NCBI GenBank assembly: GCA_046331705.1
Contig: JAXLQJ010000003.1
Location: 186,001-214,896, forward strand
Source: a bacterium
GTDB lineage: Bacteria; JADJOY01
Direction of reading: 5' to 3'
Length of the DNA: 28,896 bases
In this document: positions 9,270 to 17,168 of the stretch, in pieces
How the letters are laid out: every line of letters starts with the position of its first letter
Numbering within the stretch: the first letter of the stretch is position 1
The notes under the pieces: model-generated
Databases searched by the model: none
Told to the model about the DNA's origin: nothing
What the model saw: the letters and a program-made list of their open reading frames with translations, nothing else
Program-made: the position numbers and the translations under genes

Positions 9270-11233
9270 TCCGGTTTCCTCCTCAAGTCCGCGGTGGACG
9301 GTTCCTCGGGCAACATCTGGGCGAGGTGCCATTTGCGCAGCAAGAGCTCGACGTCGCGGCGGTCGAGCTCGTCGCGCAGGATGCCCACCCAGGCCGCCGC
9401 CGCGACGATGATCGCGAGGTTGGCGAAGAGCAGCACCGTGAGCGCGGGGCCGCGCGTGAAGCTCAGCGCTTGGGGCATGATCTGGATCACGCCGTCGCGA
9501 AACGCGTAGCTCGGCGGCAGGATGCCGAGCGCTTCGAGGAGCACCGGCGCCACGATGCCGATCCCGGTGCCGATGACGACGAACGCCACCCGCCGGCGGC
9601 GGGACTCCGACATGGCGAACGACAGCATGTTCACCGCCACCGCCGTGGGCACCAGCACCAACGGCCCGAAGCCCCGGCTCGCGGTCGCGAGGCTGAGCGA
9701 GGTGACCACCAGCATCCCGTACTGGCGCGCCGGCGAGATGACCTTCTGCTTGCTCGACAGGAACGCGTAACCGCTGGTCGCGACCGTCGTGAGCATGAAG
9801 AACGCGAGCAGCCAGCCGCTGCGCACGCCCATCCACAGACACGCGGGAATGCACACCACCCAGCTCAGGTAGCAAAGCGAGCCGAGCTGGAAGGCGCGTC
9901 GCAACAGCTCGTTGGCGCCCTTCTCGAACTCGGCCTTCACCTGCGGTGGCACGTGGCGCGGCTTCTCGCCGAGCAGCCGCACCATCACGCGAAAGGCGCG
10001 CGGGTCCTCGGGGTCGAGCGCCAGCGCGCGACCGATCTCCTTCATGGCGCGGGCGCGTTCGGCGAGCGCCGACTCGTCGGCGCGCTCCAGGGCTCGATCG
10101 ACCGCAGCGTCGGCCTCCGCCAGATGGCGCGCCGCCAGCGAAGCGCGCAGCTCCAGATCGCGCTCGCCGTCGAGATGGCGCTGCAGCGCTTGGTGAAGCT
10201 CGTGCGCGGTGCCGAAGCGGTCCGCGGGATCGTAGGCGAGCGCCTGGACGCAGATCGCGTCCAGCTCGGGTGCGATGTCGTGGTCCGGCGCGCGCAGCGA
10301 GGGGCGCGGATCGGGAGCGTCGATGGTTGCCGCGGCCCGCTGCGACGGCGTCTCGCCGCCGACGTACGGGACCCCCGCCAGCACCTCGTAGAGCACCGCC
10401 CCCAGGCTCCACACGTCGGAACGCACGCTCACGCGCGCGGCGGCACCCGCGATCTGCTCGGGGGCTGCGTAACCCGGCGTTCCGATCTGCTGCGACGAGC
10501 GCAGCGAGGCGAGCGGGTCGGCGGTCGCGGCGTCCCGCGCGTGACCGGTCTCGTCGCTCGCCTCGCGCTCCGCGGCGGTCGCGCCGCTCAGCACCGGGAA
10601 CCAGGTGTCCACGGCGATGCCCCAGTCGAGGATGTAGACCTCGCCGAAGTCGCCGAGCATCAGGTTGCTGGGCTTCAAGTCGCGGTGGATCACGCCCAGC
10701 ACGTGGGCGTAGTCGACGGCGAGCGTGGCGCGGGCGAGCGCATCCACGAGACGGCGCCGCGGATAAGCCTTTCGCACCGCCTCGTCCCCCGCGTGGATGC
10801 GCTCGAGGATCTCGTAGAGCGTGATGCCGCGCACCTTCTTCATCGTGAAGAAGGTGCGGCCGTCCGGCGTCCGCCCGATGTCGTAGACCGGCACGATCGA
10901 GGGATGCTCGAGGCGCGCCTGCAGGCGAAGCTCGTGCTCGAACTGGCGCCGCGCCGCCATCCCTGCCACCAGATCGGAGCGCAGCGTCTTGAGCGCCACC
11001 TCGCGGCCGAGCAGCTCGTCGTGCACCGCGCGGACCTCGCCCATCCCCCCCACGCCGAGGAGCGCCAGCTCGCGATAGCGATCGCCGGCAGCGCCCGCCT
11101 CGGGCTCGCCGACGGATGCGACGTCGCGCTCGGGGAGCGGGGTGCGAGTGCGGCTCGGCTTGGTGGCGCTGGGCAGGCGAGCGCCGTCTGCGGATCCTTC
11201 GTACCGTGACTCGGGTGGCAGCGCTCGCTCCAT
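9263..11233 (-). CDS. Hanks-type Ser/Thr protein kinase with C-terminal multi-pass membrane domain
   Basis: LGVGGMGEV, VALK, HPSIVPVYD, IHRDLKPSN, DWG (for DFG), GTPGYAAPEQ, DVWSLG; about 5-6 hydrophobic segments at the C-terminus. Confidence 0.93.
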   Translation of the reverse strand: MERALPPESRYEGSADGARLPSATKPSRTRTPLPERDVASVGEPEAGAAGDRYRELALLGVGGMGEVRAVHDELLGREVALKTLRSDLVAGMAARRQFEHELRLQARLEHPSIVPVYDIGRTPDGRTFFTMKKVRGITLYEILERIHAGDEAVRKAYPRRRLVDALARATLAVDYAHVLGVIHRDLKPSNLMLGDFGEVYILDWGIAVDTWFPVLSGATAAEREASDETGHARDAATADPLASLRSSQQIGTPGYAAPEQIAGAAARVSVRSDVWSLGAVLYEVLAGVPYVGGETPSQRAAATIDAPDPRPSLRAPDHDIAPELDAICVQALAYDPADRFGTAHELHQALQRHLDGERDLELRASLAARHLAEADAAVDRALERADESALAERARAMKEIGRALALDPEDPRAFRVMVRLLGEKPRHVPPQVKAEFEKGANELLRRAFQLGSLCYLSWVVCIPACLWMGVRSGWLLAFFMLTTVATSGYAFLSSKQKVISPARQYGMLVVTSLSLATASRGFGPLVLVPTAVAVNMLSFAMSESRRRRVAFVVIGTGIGIVAPVLLEALGILPPSYAFRDGVIQIMPQALSFTRGPALTVLLFANLAIIVAAAAWVGILRDELDRRDVELLLRKWHLAQMLPEEPSTADLRRKPEC

Positions 11234-11304
11234 CGCTTCCCGGCACCGCGGATCGGGGCGACTTGGGCGTCGCCGCTCGCTCGCTCGGTGGCGTGGTCGC
11301 CCCG

Positions 11305-11320
11305 TGCAAGCGAAGTGCCG
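11305..11320 (-). promoter_or_regulatory. Putative sigma54 (-24/-12) promoter for the kinase/FHA operon
   Basis: Minus strand reads CGGCAC-TTCGC-TTGCA, i.e. GG-N10-GC with one mismatch to TGGCAC-N5-TTGCW, about 70 nt upstream of the kinase ATG. Confidence 0.65.
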
Positions 11321-11570
11321 CGGCCCTCCAGTCGCAAGCCCCCGAAGTCACGCGGATCTCGTCCGCGACCCCCTCGATCGGGTGTCAACAATTCCGAGAT
11401 CCGTCGCGCCGCTGACCGAGCCAGCGGCTCGCTCGCCGCTCTCGAACGCGCAGCCTGCGCGCTGCGGGGTGCGAGATCCGCGTGCAGAATCCGCACGCCT
11501 CGGCAACGTGCTCTCGCGCCGCGACGACGACGAATCCCTGGGGCGACGCTGCGCGCACGGCACGCCATCC

Positions 11571-11600
11571 TTGACGATCGCGCGCCGGTGTCACTACGTT
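11571..11600 (+). promoter_or_regulatory. Putative sigma70 promoter for the yceD-rpmF-plsX operon
   Basis: TTGACG(11571-11576)-N18-TACGTT(11595-11600), 53 nt before the yceD ATG. Confidence 0.45.
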
Positions 11601-11653
11601 TGATCGCTTTTTTCGCTGGCGCTGCGCATGCATCGCCGGCGGGTCTTGGCGCC

Positions 11654-12205
11654 ATGCGCGTTCGCATCGACGACCTGCCGCCGGAGGGGCGTAGCTTCTC
11701 GATCGAGGTTCCGATCGCGGAGCTCGATCGCGCCGTTCAGCCCGATCGTGACCCGGGACTTGCCTGGAACGCACCGGCTCAGGCCGAGATCGCGCTGCAC
11801 AAGGCCGGTCGATCGCTGCGCATCCACGGCGACGCGCGGTTCTCGTTCACGGAGCCCTGCGCCCGTTGCCTGGTGGAGGTCGAGCGCTCGACCCGCAGCA
11901 CCATCGACCTGACCAAGCTGCTCGGCGCCGCACCCGACCAGCCGCGAACCCACGAGCTTCGCGAAGACGAGATCGACGAGGACTACCTCGATGCACCGGA
12001 GATCGATCTCGACGAGGTGGTCCTCGAACAGATCGTGCTCGACCTGCCGCAACGCGTGCTCTGCTCCGACTCGTGTCGGGGCCTCTGCCCGAGCTGCGGC
12101 GTGAATCTGAATCTCGCCGCGTGCTCGTGCCAGCCGAGTCACGGCGATCCCCGCTTCGCGGTGCTCGCCAAGCTCTTCCCTGGCGAGCCTCCCGCCGAAA
12201 GCTGA
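11654..12205 (+). CDS. yceD: YceD/DUF177 family protein (large ribosomal subunit accumulation)
   Basis: MRVRIDDL start; PCARCL, IDLDEVVLEQIVLDLP..LCSDSCRGLCPSCGVNLN..CSC...DPRFAVL; directly upstream of rpmF. Confidence 0.92.
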   Translation: MRVRIDDLPPEGRSFSIEVPIAELDRAVQPDRDPGLAWNAPAQAEIALHKAGRSLRIHGDARFSFTEPCARCLVEVERSTRSTIDLTKLLGAAPDQPRTHELREDEIDEDYLDAPEIDLDEVVLEQIVLDLPQRVLCSDSCRGLCPSCGVNLNLAACSCQPSHGDPRFAVLAKLFPGEPPAES

Positions 12206-12247
12206 CCCCAGGAACGCACAGCAGGACATCCCCGAGGAGAAGTCATC

Positions 12248-12433
12248 ATGGCCGTACCCAAGAAGAAGACCTCACGCATGAAGCGCGGCATGCGCCGCGC
12301 GCACAAGCACGCCACGGCTCCCACCGTGGTCCATTGCTCGCGCTGCGGAGAGCCGCGTCTCCCGCACCACGCCTGCCCGAGCTGCGGGTTCTACCGGCAG
12401 GGCGTCGAAGTTCCCGTCGCCAAGGGCGAATGA
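12248..12433 (+). CDS. rpmF: 50S ribosomal protein L32 (Zn-ribbon C+ form)
   Basis: [19 protein letters not shown]...[26 protein letters not shown]. Confidence 0.98.
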   Translation: MAVPKKKTSRMKRGMRRAHKHATAPTVVHCSRCGEPRLPHHACPSCGFYRQGVEVPVAKGE

Positions 12434-12581
12434 CCGGACGCCGTCGCTGGCGTCTCGGCCGGCCGCGCGGGCACGCGCCGCGCGACGCGCCCTGCGCGGC
12501 GAGCACCCTCCGGTCACCCGGTTCCCCACCGCGTCCGTCCTGCTCGACGGCGCGGGCATGCACCGCGCCTGAGCCACGCGC

Positions 12582-14639
12582 ATGAAGATCGTCGTCGACG
12601 CGATGGGCGGCGACCACGCCCCGGGCGTGGTCGTCGACGGCGCGATCGCGGCGGTGCGCGAGCTCGGCGTCGAGGTCCTGCTCACGGGACCCGGCGAGAT
12701 CGTGCAGCGCGAGCTCGCGAGCCGCGGCGCCGAGAAGCTCATCGAGGTGCGGCACGCCTCCGAGATCGTCGGCATGGACGAGCACCCCGCGGCCGCCGTG
12801 CGCCGCAAGCGGGACTCCTCGATTCGAGTCGGCCTCGAGCTGGTCGCCACGGGCGGCGCCGATGCCTTCGTGAGCGCCGGCAACACCGGCGCGGTCATGG
12901 CCACCGCCACCTTGGTGCTGAAGCGAACCCCCGGCGTGGAGCGCCCCGGAATCCTGACGCTCTTCCCCACCATCACGGGCGAGCCCGCGCTGCTCATCGA
13001 CGCCGGCGCGAACGTGGACTGCAAGGCCGCGCACCTCGCGCATTTCGGCGTGATGGGCTCGGTCTACGCGCAGGCGATCCTGGGGCGCCCCTCGCCCACC
13101 GTCGGCGTGCTGTCGAACGGTGAAGAGGAAGGCAAGGGCAACGAGCTCACGCGCGAGGCGGATCAGCTGTTGCGCGGAACCTCGTTGCGCTACGTGGGTT
13201 ACGTCGAGGGCCGCGACCTCTTCAACGGCCGCGTCGACGTGGTCGTGTGCGACGGGTTCGTCGGCAACGTCGCGCTCAAGGCCAGCGAGGGCGTCGCGAG
13301 CGCCATCCGGACGCTGCTCGAACGCGGCTTTCGCGCCAGCCTGCGCGGCAAGCTCGCCTACCTGCTCGCGCGCCCGGTGCTGCGGGACATGAAGAAGGCG
13401 TTCGACCACCACGAGTATGGCGGCGCGCCGCTGCTCGGCGTGCAGGGCGTATGCATCATCGCCCACGGCAGCGCCACCGCGTACGCGATCCGCAACGCCA
13501 TCCGCCAGGCGCAGAGCCAGCGCCGCGAGGACGTCACCACCCGGATCGAGCGCGCGCTCGGCGAGGTGCACATCCTCCCGGATCTCGACAAGCGATCGAG
13601 TGGTGACCGGGTCGTGTTCTTGAAGGAGCTCGCCAAGAAGATGCGCATCCCGCGACGCGGCGCCGCGTCGACCGAGGCGCAGTCGCCGATTCGCGCCGCC
13701 TTCGTCTGCCCGGGACAGGGTGCCGAGTTCGTGGGCATGGGCGCCGAGCTCGCGACCCGCCACGCCCTGGTGCGCGAGACCATCCGCGAAGCCAGCGAAG
13801 CCGCGGGAATCGACCTGGCCGCGCTGATGGTGAACGGTCCGATCGAGCGGCTCAGGCTCACCGAGCACTCCCAGCCCGCGATCGTCGCGCTCTCCGTGGC
13901 GGTCGCGCGGCTCCTCCAGGCGGAGCTGGCGCTCAAGCCCGCGGTGGTCCTCGGGCACAGCGTCGGCGAGTACACGGCGCTGGTCCTGGCCGGATCACTC
14001 GGCTTCGCGGACACCATCCGGCTCTTGCGCGAGCGCGGCAAGCTCATGCACGAAGCCTCGCCGCCCGGGCGCGGCTCGATGGCGGTCGTTTCCGGGCTTC
14101 ACCGAGCGTCGCTGGCGAAGATCGTCCAGGACGCGGCCCAGGGCGCGGTCCTCGAGATCACCGACGAGCAAGGGCCGGAGCAGTTCGTGATCTCCGGCGA
14201 CGCTCGCGCCGTCGACCGAGCCATCGACGCGGCCACCTCCGCCGGGGTGAAGCGCGCGACGCTGCTGCCGGTGACGGCGCCGTTCCACTCGAGCCTGATG
14301 ACCCCCGCCGCCGAGCGATTCGCAACCGCGCTCGCCGCTCTCGCGATCCGGGAGCCCGAGATCACGCTGCTCTCGAGCGTCACCGGCGGCCGCCTCGCCT
14401 CGATCGACGAGATCCGGACGGCGTTGCTGGCTCAGGTGACCGGCCCGGTGCGCTGGTTCGGTGCGGTGCGGCAGCTGGTGGACGCCGCTCCCGAGCTGGT
14501 GGTGGAGGTCGGCCCGGGGTCGTCCTTGACAGGAGCGTTGCGCCGGATCGAACCTCGCTTGCGGGTCGCAGCGGTGGACGATTTGGAGGGCCTCAAGGCG
14601 CTTCGCGACGCGACACAGCGATTGTTGACACCCCGATGA
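12582..14639 (+). CDS. plsX-fabD: Fusion of phosphate acyltransferase PlsX and malonyl-CoA:ACP transacylase FabD
   Basis: N-half: MKIVVDAMGGDHAP, SAGNTGA, DAGANVD, SNGEEEGKGN, CDGFVGNVALK, GGAPLLGV..IAHGS. C-half: FVCPGQG, SQPA, GHSVGEY, RG.LM, APFHSSLM, PVRW, EVGPG. One uninterrupted 685-aa frame. Confidence 0.93.
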   Translation: MKIVVDAMGGDHAPGVVVDGAIAAVRELGVEVLLTGPGEIVQRELASRGAEKLIEVRHASEIVGMDEHPAAAVRRKRDSSIRVGLELVATGGADAFVSAGNTGAVMATATLVLKRTPGVERPGILTLFPTITGEPALLIDAGANVDCKAAHLAHFGVMGSVYAQAILGRPSPTVGVLSNGEEEGKGNELTREADQLLRGTSLRYVGYVEGRDLFNGRVDVVVCDGFVGNVALKASEGVASAIRTLLERGFRASLRGKLAYLLARPVLRDMKKAFDHHEYGGAPLLGVQGVCIIAHGSATAYAIRNAIRQAQSQRREDVTTRIERALGEVHILPDLDKRSSGDRVVFLKELAKKMRIPRRGAASTEAQSPIRAAFVCPGQGAEFVGMGAELATRHALVRETIREASEAAGIDLAALMVNGPIERLRLTEHSQPAIVALSVAVARLLQAELALKPAVVLGHSVGEYTALVLAGSLGFADTIRLLRERGKLMHEASPPGRGSMAVVSGLHRASLAKIVQDAAQGAVLEITDEQGPEQFVISGDARAVDRAIDAATSAGVKRATLLPVTAPFHSSLMTPAAERFATALAALAIREPEITLLSSVTGGRLASIDEIRTALLAQVTGPVRWFGAVRQLVDAAPELVVEVGPGSSLTGALRRIEPRLRVAAVDDLEGLKALRDATQRLLTPR

Positions 14640-14652
14640 GAATCGGTATGCT
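14625..14652 (+). promoter_or_regulatory. Putative internal sigma70 promoter for acpP
   Basis: TTGACA(14625-14630)-N16-TATGCT(14647-14652), overlapping the plsX-fabD stop; the spacer contains CCGAT-N4-ATCGG. Confidence 0.6.
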
Positions 14653-14856
14653 TGCGCGAAGCTCGTGGCCCCGGCCCTCGTTTTCCCCGGAAAACACCCT
14701 CTATTTCGCAGAATTCCGGCATTTTCGTGAGCGTCGGAGCGCACCATCCGGGGCCCGCTACGCGCGTCGTTCGCAGGATCGCTCGATCGCAAGAGTGCGG
14801 CACGGAGCTCACTCGGCGATCGCCCCAACGGACATGACACAAGGGAGAGTCAGCAG

Positions 14857-15096
14857 ATGACACCAGACGAGATCATGGCGAAGGTCAAGGAGATCATCGT
14901 CGAGCAGCTCGGCGTGAACGAGGACGAAGTGGTCGCCGAAGCCTCGCTGCTCGAGGATCTGGGCGCGGACAGCCTCGACATCGTCGAGCTGGTCATGGCT
15001 TTCGAGGAAGAGTTCGACATGGAGATCTCGGACGAGGAAGCCGAGAAGATCCACACCGTCGGCGAAGCCGTGAAGTACATCCAAGACCACCTCTGA
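14857..15096 (+). CDS. acpP: Acyl carrier protein
   Basis: [12 protein letters not shown]...[32 protein letters not shown]; phosphopantetheine Ser in DSL; SD AAGGGAG. Confidence 0.98.
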   Translation: MTPDEIMAKVKEIIVEQLGVNEDEVVAEASLLEDLGADSLDIVELVMAFEEEFDMEISDEEAEKIHTVGEAVKYIQDHL

Positions 15097-15181
15097 GCCT
15101 CCACTCGATCGAAAGACGCGCGCCACCCCCAGAGCCCTCCTCGCCCAGCACCCTTCCCGCGACGTCCGCGACGACGAGATG

Positions 15182-15208
15182 CCCCTCCTCCGGAGGGGTT
15201 TCGTGTTT
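15182..15208 (+). terminator. Putative intrinsic terminator downstream of acpP
   Basis: CCCCTCC-tcc-GGAGGGG stem followed by TTTCGTGTTT. Confidence 0.5.
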
Positions 15209-15264
15209 CCGCCAACGCCTGTTCGCGGCACGCGCGAGACCGCGCGACGCGGTCTCGTGAGTCG

Positions 15265-15293
15265 TTGCCCGCCGGAGGGGGCTGTGGTATCCA
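15265..15293 (+). promoter_or_regulatory. Putative sigma70 (extended -10) promoter for rpiB-glyA-nrdR
   Basis: TTGCCC(15265-15270)-N17-TATCCA(15288-15293) with TG just upstream of the -10; preceded by a perfect 10-bp hairpin at 15235-15257. Confidence 0.45.
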
Positions 15294-15371
15294 AGGCGCG
15301 CGCGAGAGCCCGGCAGGCGCGCATCCCGACAACCGTCTCCCGGCACCGCCCACCCCCCTCACGGAGGCCAC

Positions 15372-15824
15372 GTGATTCTCGCGCTCGCCAGCGATCACGC
15401 GGGATTCGAGCTCAAGGAAGACCTGAAGCGCTTCCTCGCCGACCTCAAGGTCGAGGTGAAGGACTTCGGCCCCCGCGACGACGCGTCCGTCGACTATCCC
15501 GAGTTCGGTTCGCAAGTCGCGCAGGCGGTCGCCTCCGGCACCGTCGACGGCGGGGTGCTGGTCGACGGGTCCGGCATCGGCATGTCGATCGTCGCCAACA
15601 AGTACCCGAAGGTCCGCGCGGCGCTGGTGTCCAGCGTGTACGCGGCGCGCATGGCCAAGCGCCACATGGGTGCCAACGTGCTGTGCCTGTCGGGCTGGTT
15701 CACCGGCAAGGGCGAGGCGCGCGAGATGGTGCGCACCTGGATCGAAACCGAGTTCGAGGGTGGTCGCCATCAGCGGCGGCTGGACAAGATCCGCGAGCTC
15801 GAAGAGCGGCTCAAGAGCGAGTGA
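15372..15824 (+). CDS. rpiB: Ribose-5-phosphate isomerase B family protein
   Basis: GTG start after GGAGG; ASDHAGFELK, VDYP, GSGIGMSIVANK, ANVL, FEGGRHQRRL; canonical position before glyA. CGTG is replaced by DGSG. Confidence 0.93.
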   Translation: MILALASDHAGFELKEDLKRFLADLKVEVKDFGPRDDASVDYPEFGSQVAQAVASGTVDGGVLVDGSGIGMSIVANKYPKVRAALVSSVYAARMAKRHMGANVLCLSGWFTGKGEAREMVRTWIETEFEGGRHQRRLDKIRELEERLKSE

Positions 15825-15887
15825 GCCTCCGTCCACGTCGGCCGATCCGAGCGCCTCGGACGACCGATCCAGCGAAACGAGAACGTC

Positions 15888-17168
15888 ATGACCGGCAACC
15901 CTCCCGCCCGATCCTTCACCTCGTCGCTCAGCGCGAGTGACCCCGAGATCTTCCGCACCATCCAGGACGAGACGCGTCGCCAGGGCGCCCAGCTCGAGAT
16001 GATCGCGTCCGAGAACTTCGTCAGCACCGCGGTGCTCGAAGCGCTCGGCTCGGTGATGACGAACAAGTACGCCGAGGGCTATCCGGGCAAGCGCTACTAC
16101 GGCGGCTGCGTGCACGTGGACCAAGCCGAGGAGCTCGCCCGCGAGCGCGCCAAGCAGCTCTTCGGCGCGGCGCACGTGAACGTGCAGCCGCACTCGGGCT
16201 CGCAAGCGAACATGGCCGTCTACTTCGCGTGCCTGAAGCCCGGTGACACGATCCTGGCGATGGACCTGGCCCAGGGCGGTCACCTCACCCACGGCAGCCC
16301 GGTCAACTTCTCCGGCAAGCTCTATCGAGTGGTCTCGTACGGCGTCGAGCGCAGCTCGGGCCGGATCGACATGGATCAGGTTCGCAAGCTCGCGCACGCC
16401 GAGAAGCCGAAGCTGATCATGACCGGCGCCTCGGCGTATCCGCGCGCCATCGACTTCGCGGCGTTTCGCGCCATCGCCGACGAGATCGGCGCCGTGCTGG
16501 TGGCGGACATCGCGCACCCCGCGGGCCTGGTGGCCAAGGGGCTGCACCCGAGCCCGGTTCCCTACTGCGACTTCGTCACCACGACCACCCACAAGACCCT
16601 GCGCGGACCGCGCGGTGGGATGATCATGGCCGGCGAGAAGAGCGCCAAGGCGGTCGACTCGCAGATCTTCCCGGGCATCCAGGGCGGACCGCTCATGCAC
16701 GTGATCGCCGCCAAGGCGGTCGCGTTCCGTGAGGCCCTGAGCGACGATTTCGCGGCCTACGCGAAGCAGATCATCGCGAACGCGCAGGCGCTGGCCACGG
16801 CGCTGACCGGCGGCGGCCTGGATCTGTGCTCCGGCGGAACCGACAATCACCTGGTGCTCGTCGATCTCACCCGCACCGGGATCTCGGGCAAGCAGGGCGA
16901 GCACGCCCTCGATCACGCCGGCATCACGGTCAACAAGAACATGGTGCCCTACGACACCCGCAAGCCCATGGAAACCAGCGGCATTCGCCTCGGAACGCCG
17001 GCCCTCACCACGCGCGGCATGAAGGAAGGCGAGATGAGCGCCATCGGCCGCATGATCGTGCGCGTGCTCTCGAACCCCGAGGACCAAGCGGTCCTCGACA
17101 CGGTGCGCGGTGAGGTGACGGAGCTCTGCGAGCGCTTCCCGCTCTACCGCGAGCGACTCGTCGGATGA
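15888..17168 (+). CDS. glyA: Serine hydroxymethyltransferase
   Basis: [57 protein letters not shown] (PLP Lys), [17 protein letters not shown]. Confidence 0.99.
   Translation: MTGNPPARSFTSSLSASDPEIFRTIQDETRRQGAQLEMIASENFVSTAVLEALGSVMTNKYAEGYPGKRYYGGCVHVDQAEELARERAKQLFGAAHVNVQPHSGSQANMAVYFACLKPGDTILAMDLAQGGHLTHGSPVNFSGKLYRVVSYGVERSSGRIDMDQVRKLAHAEKPKLIMTGASAYPRAIDFAAFRAIADEIGAVLVADIAHPAGLVAKGLHPSPVPYCDFVTTTTHKTLRGPRGGMIMAGEKSAKAVDSQIFPGIQGGPLMHVIAAKAVAFREALSDDFAAYAKQIIANAQALATALTGGGLDLCSGGTDNHLVLVDLTRTGISGKQGEHALDHAGITVNKNMVPYDTRKPMETSGIRLGTPALTTRGMKEGEMSAIGRMIVRVLSNPEDQAVLDTVRGEVTELCERFPLYRERLVG

Noticed and set aside
10619-10630. DWG instead of DFG as a sign of a pseudokinase
   Set aside because: The Mg-binding Asp, VAxK Lys and HRD are intact, and DWG is a common variant in bacterial Hanks kinases.
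8355-11351. Apparent 998-aa ORF, and the 1444-aa, 682-aa, 532-aa, 305-aa and 229-aa versions of other genes
   Set aside because: The N-terminal extensions are shadow sequence over the upstream gene or spacer. The likely starts are internal, supported by an SD, a stop/start overlap or the family N-terminus (9269, 25600, 22334, 7326, 11654, 20761).
15097-15371. fabF pseudogene or small RNA between acpP and rpiB
   Set aside because: No VVVTG or other ketosynthase motif recognised. The hairpins are adequately explained as a terminator and promoter-proximal structure.
15822-15865. Selenocysteine recoding at the rpiB TGA
   Set aside because: The TGA falls at the natural C-terminus of RpiB rather than at a Cys-equivalent site, and the hairpin does not resemble a bacterial SECIS.
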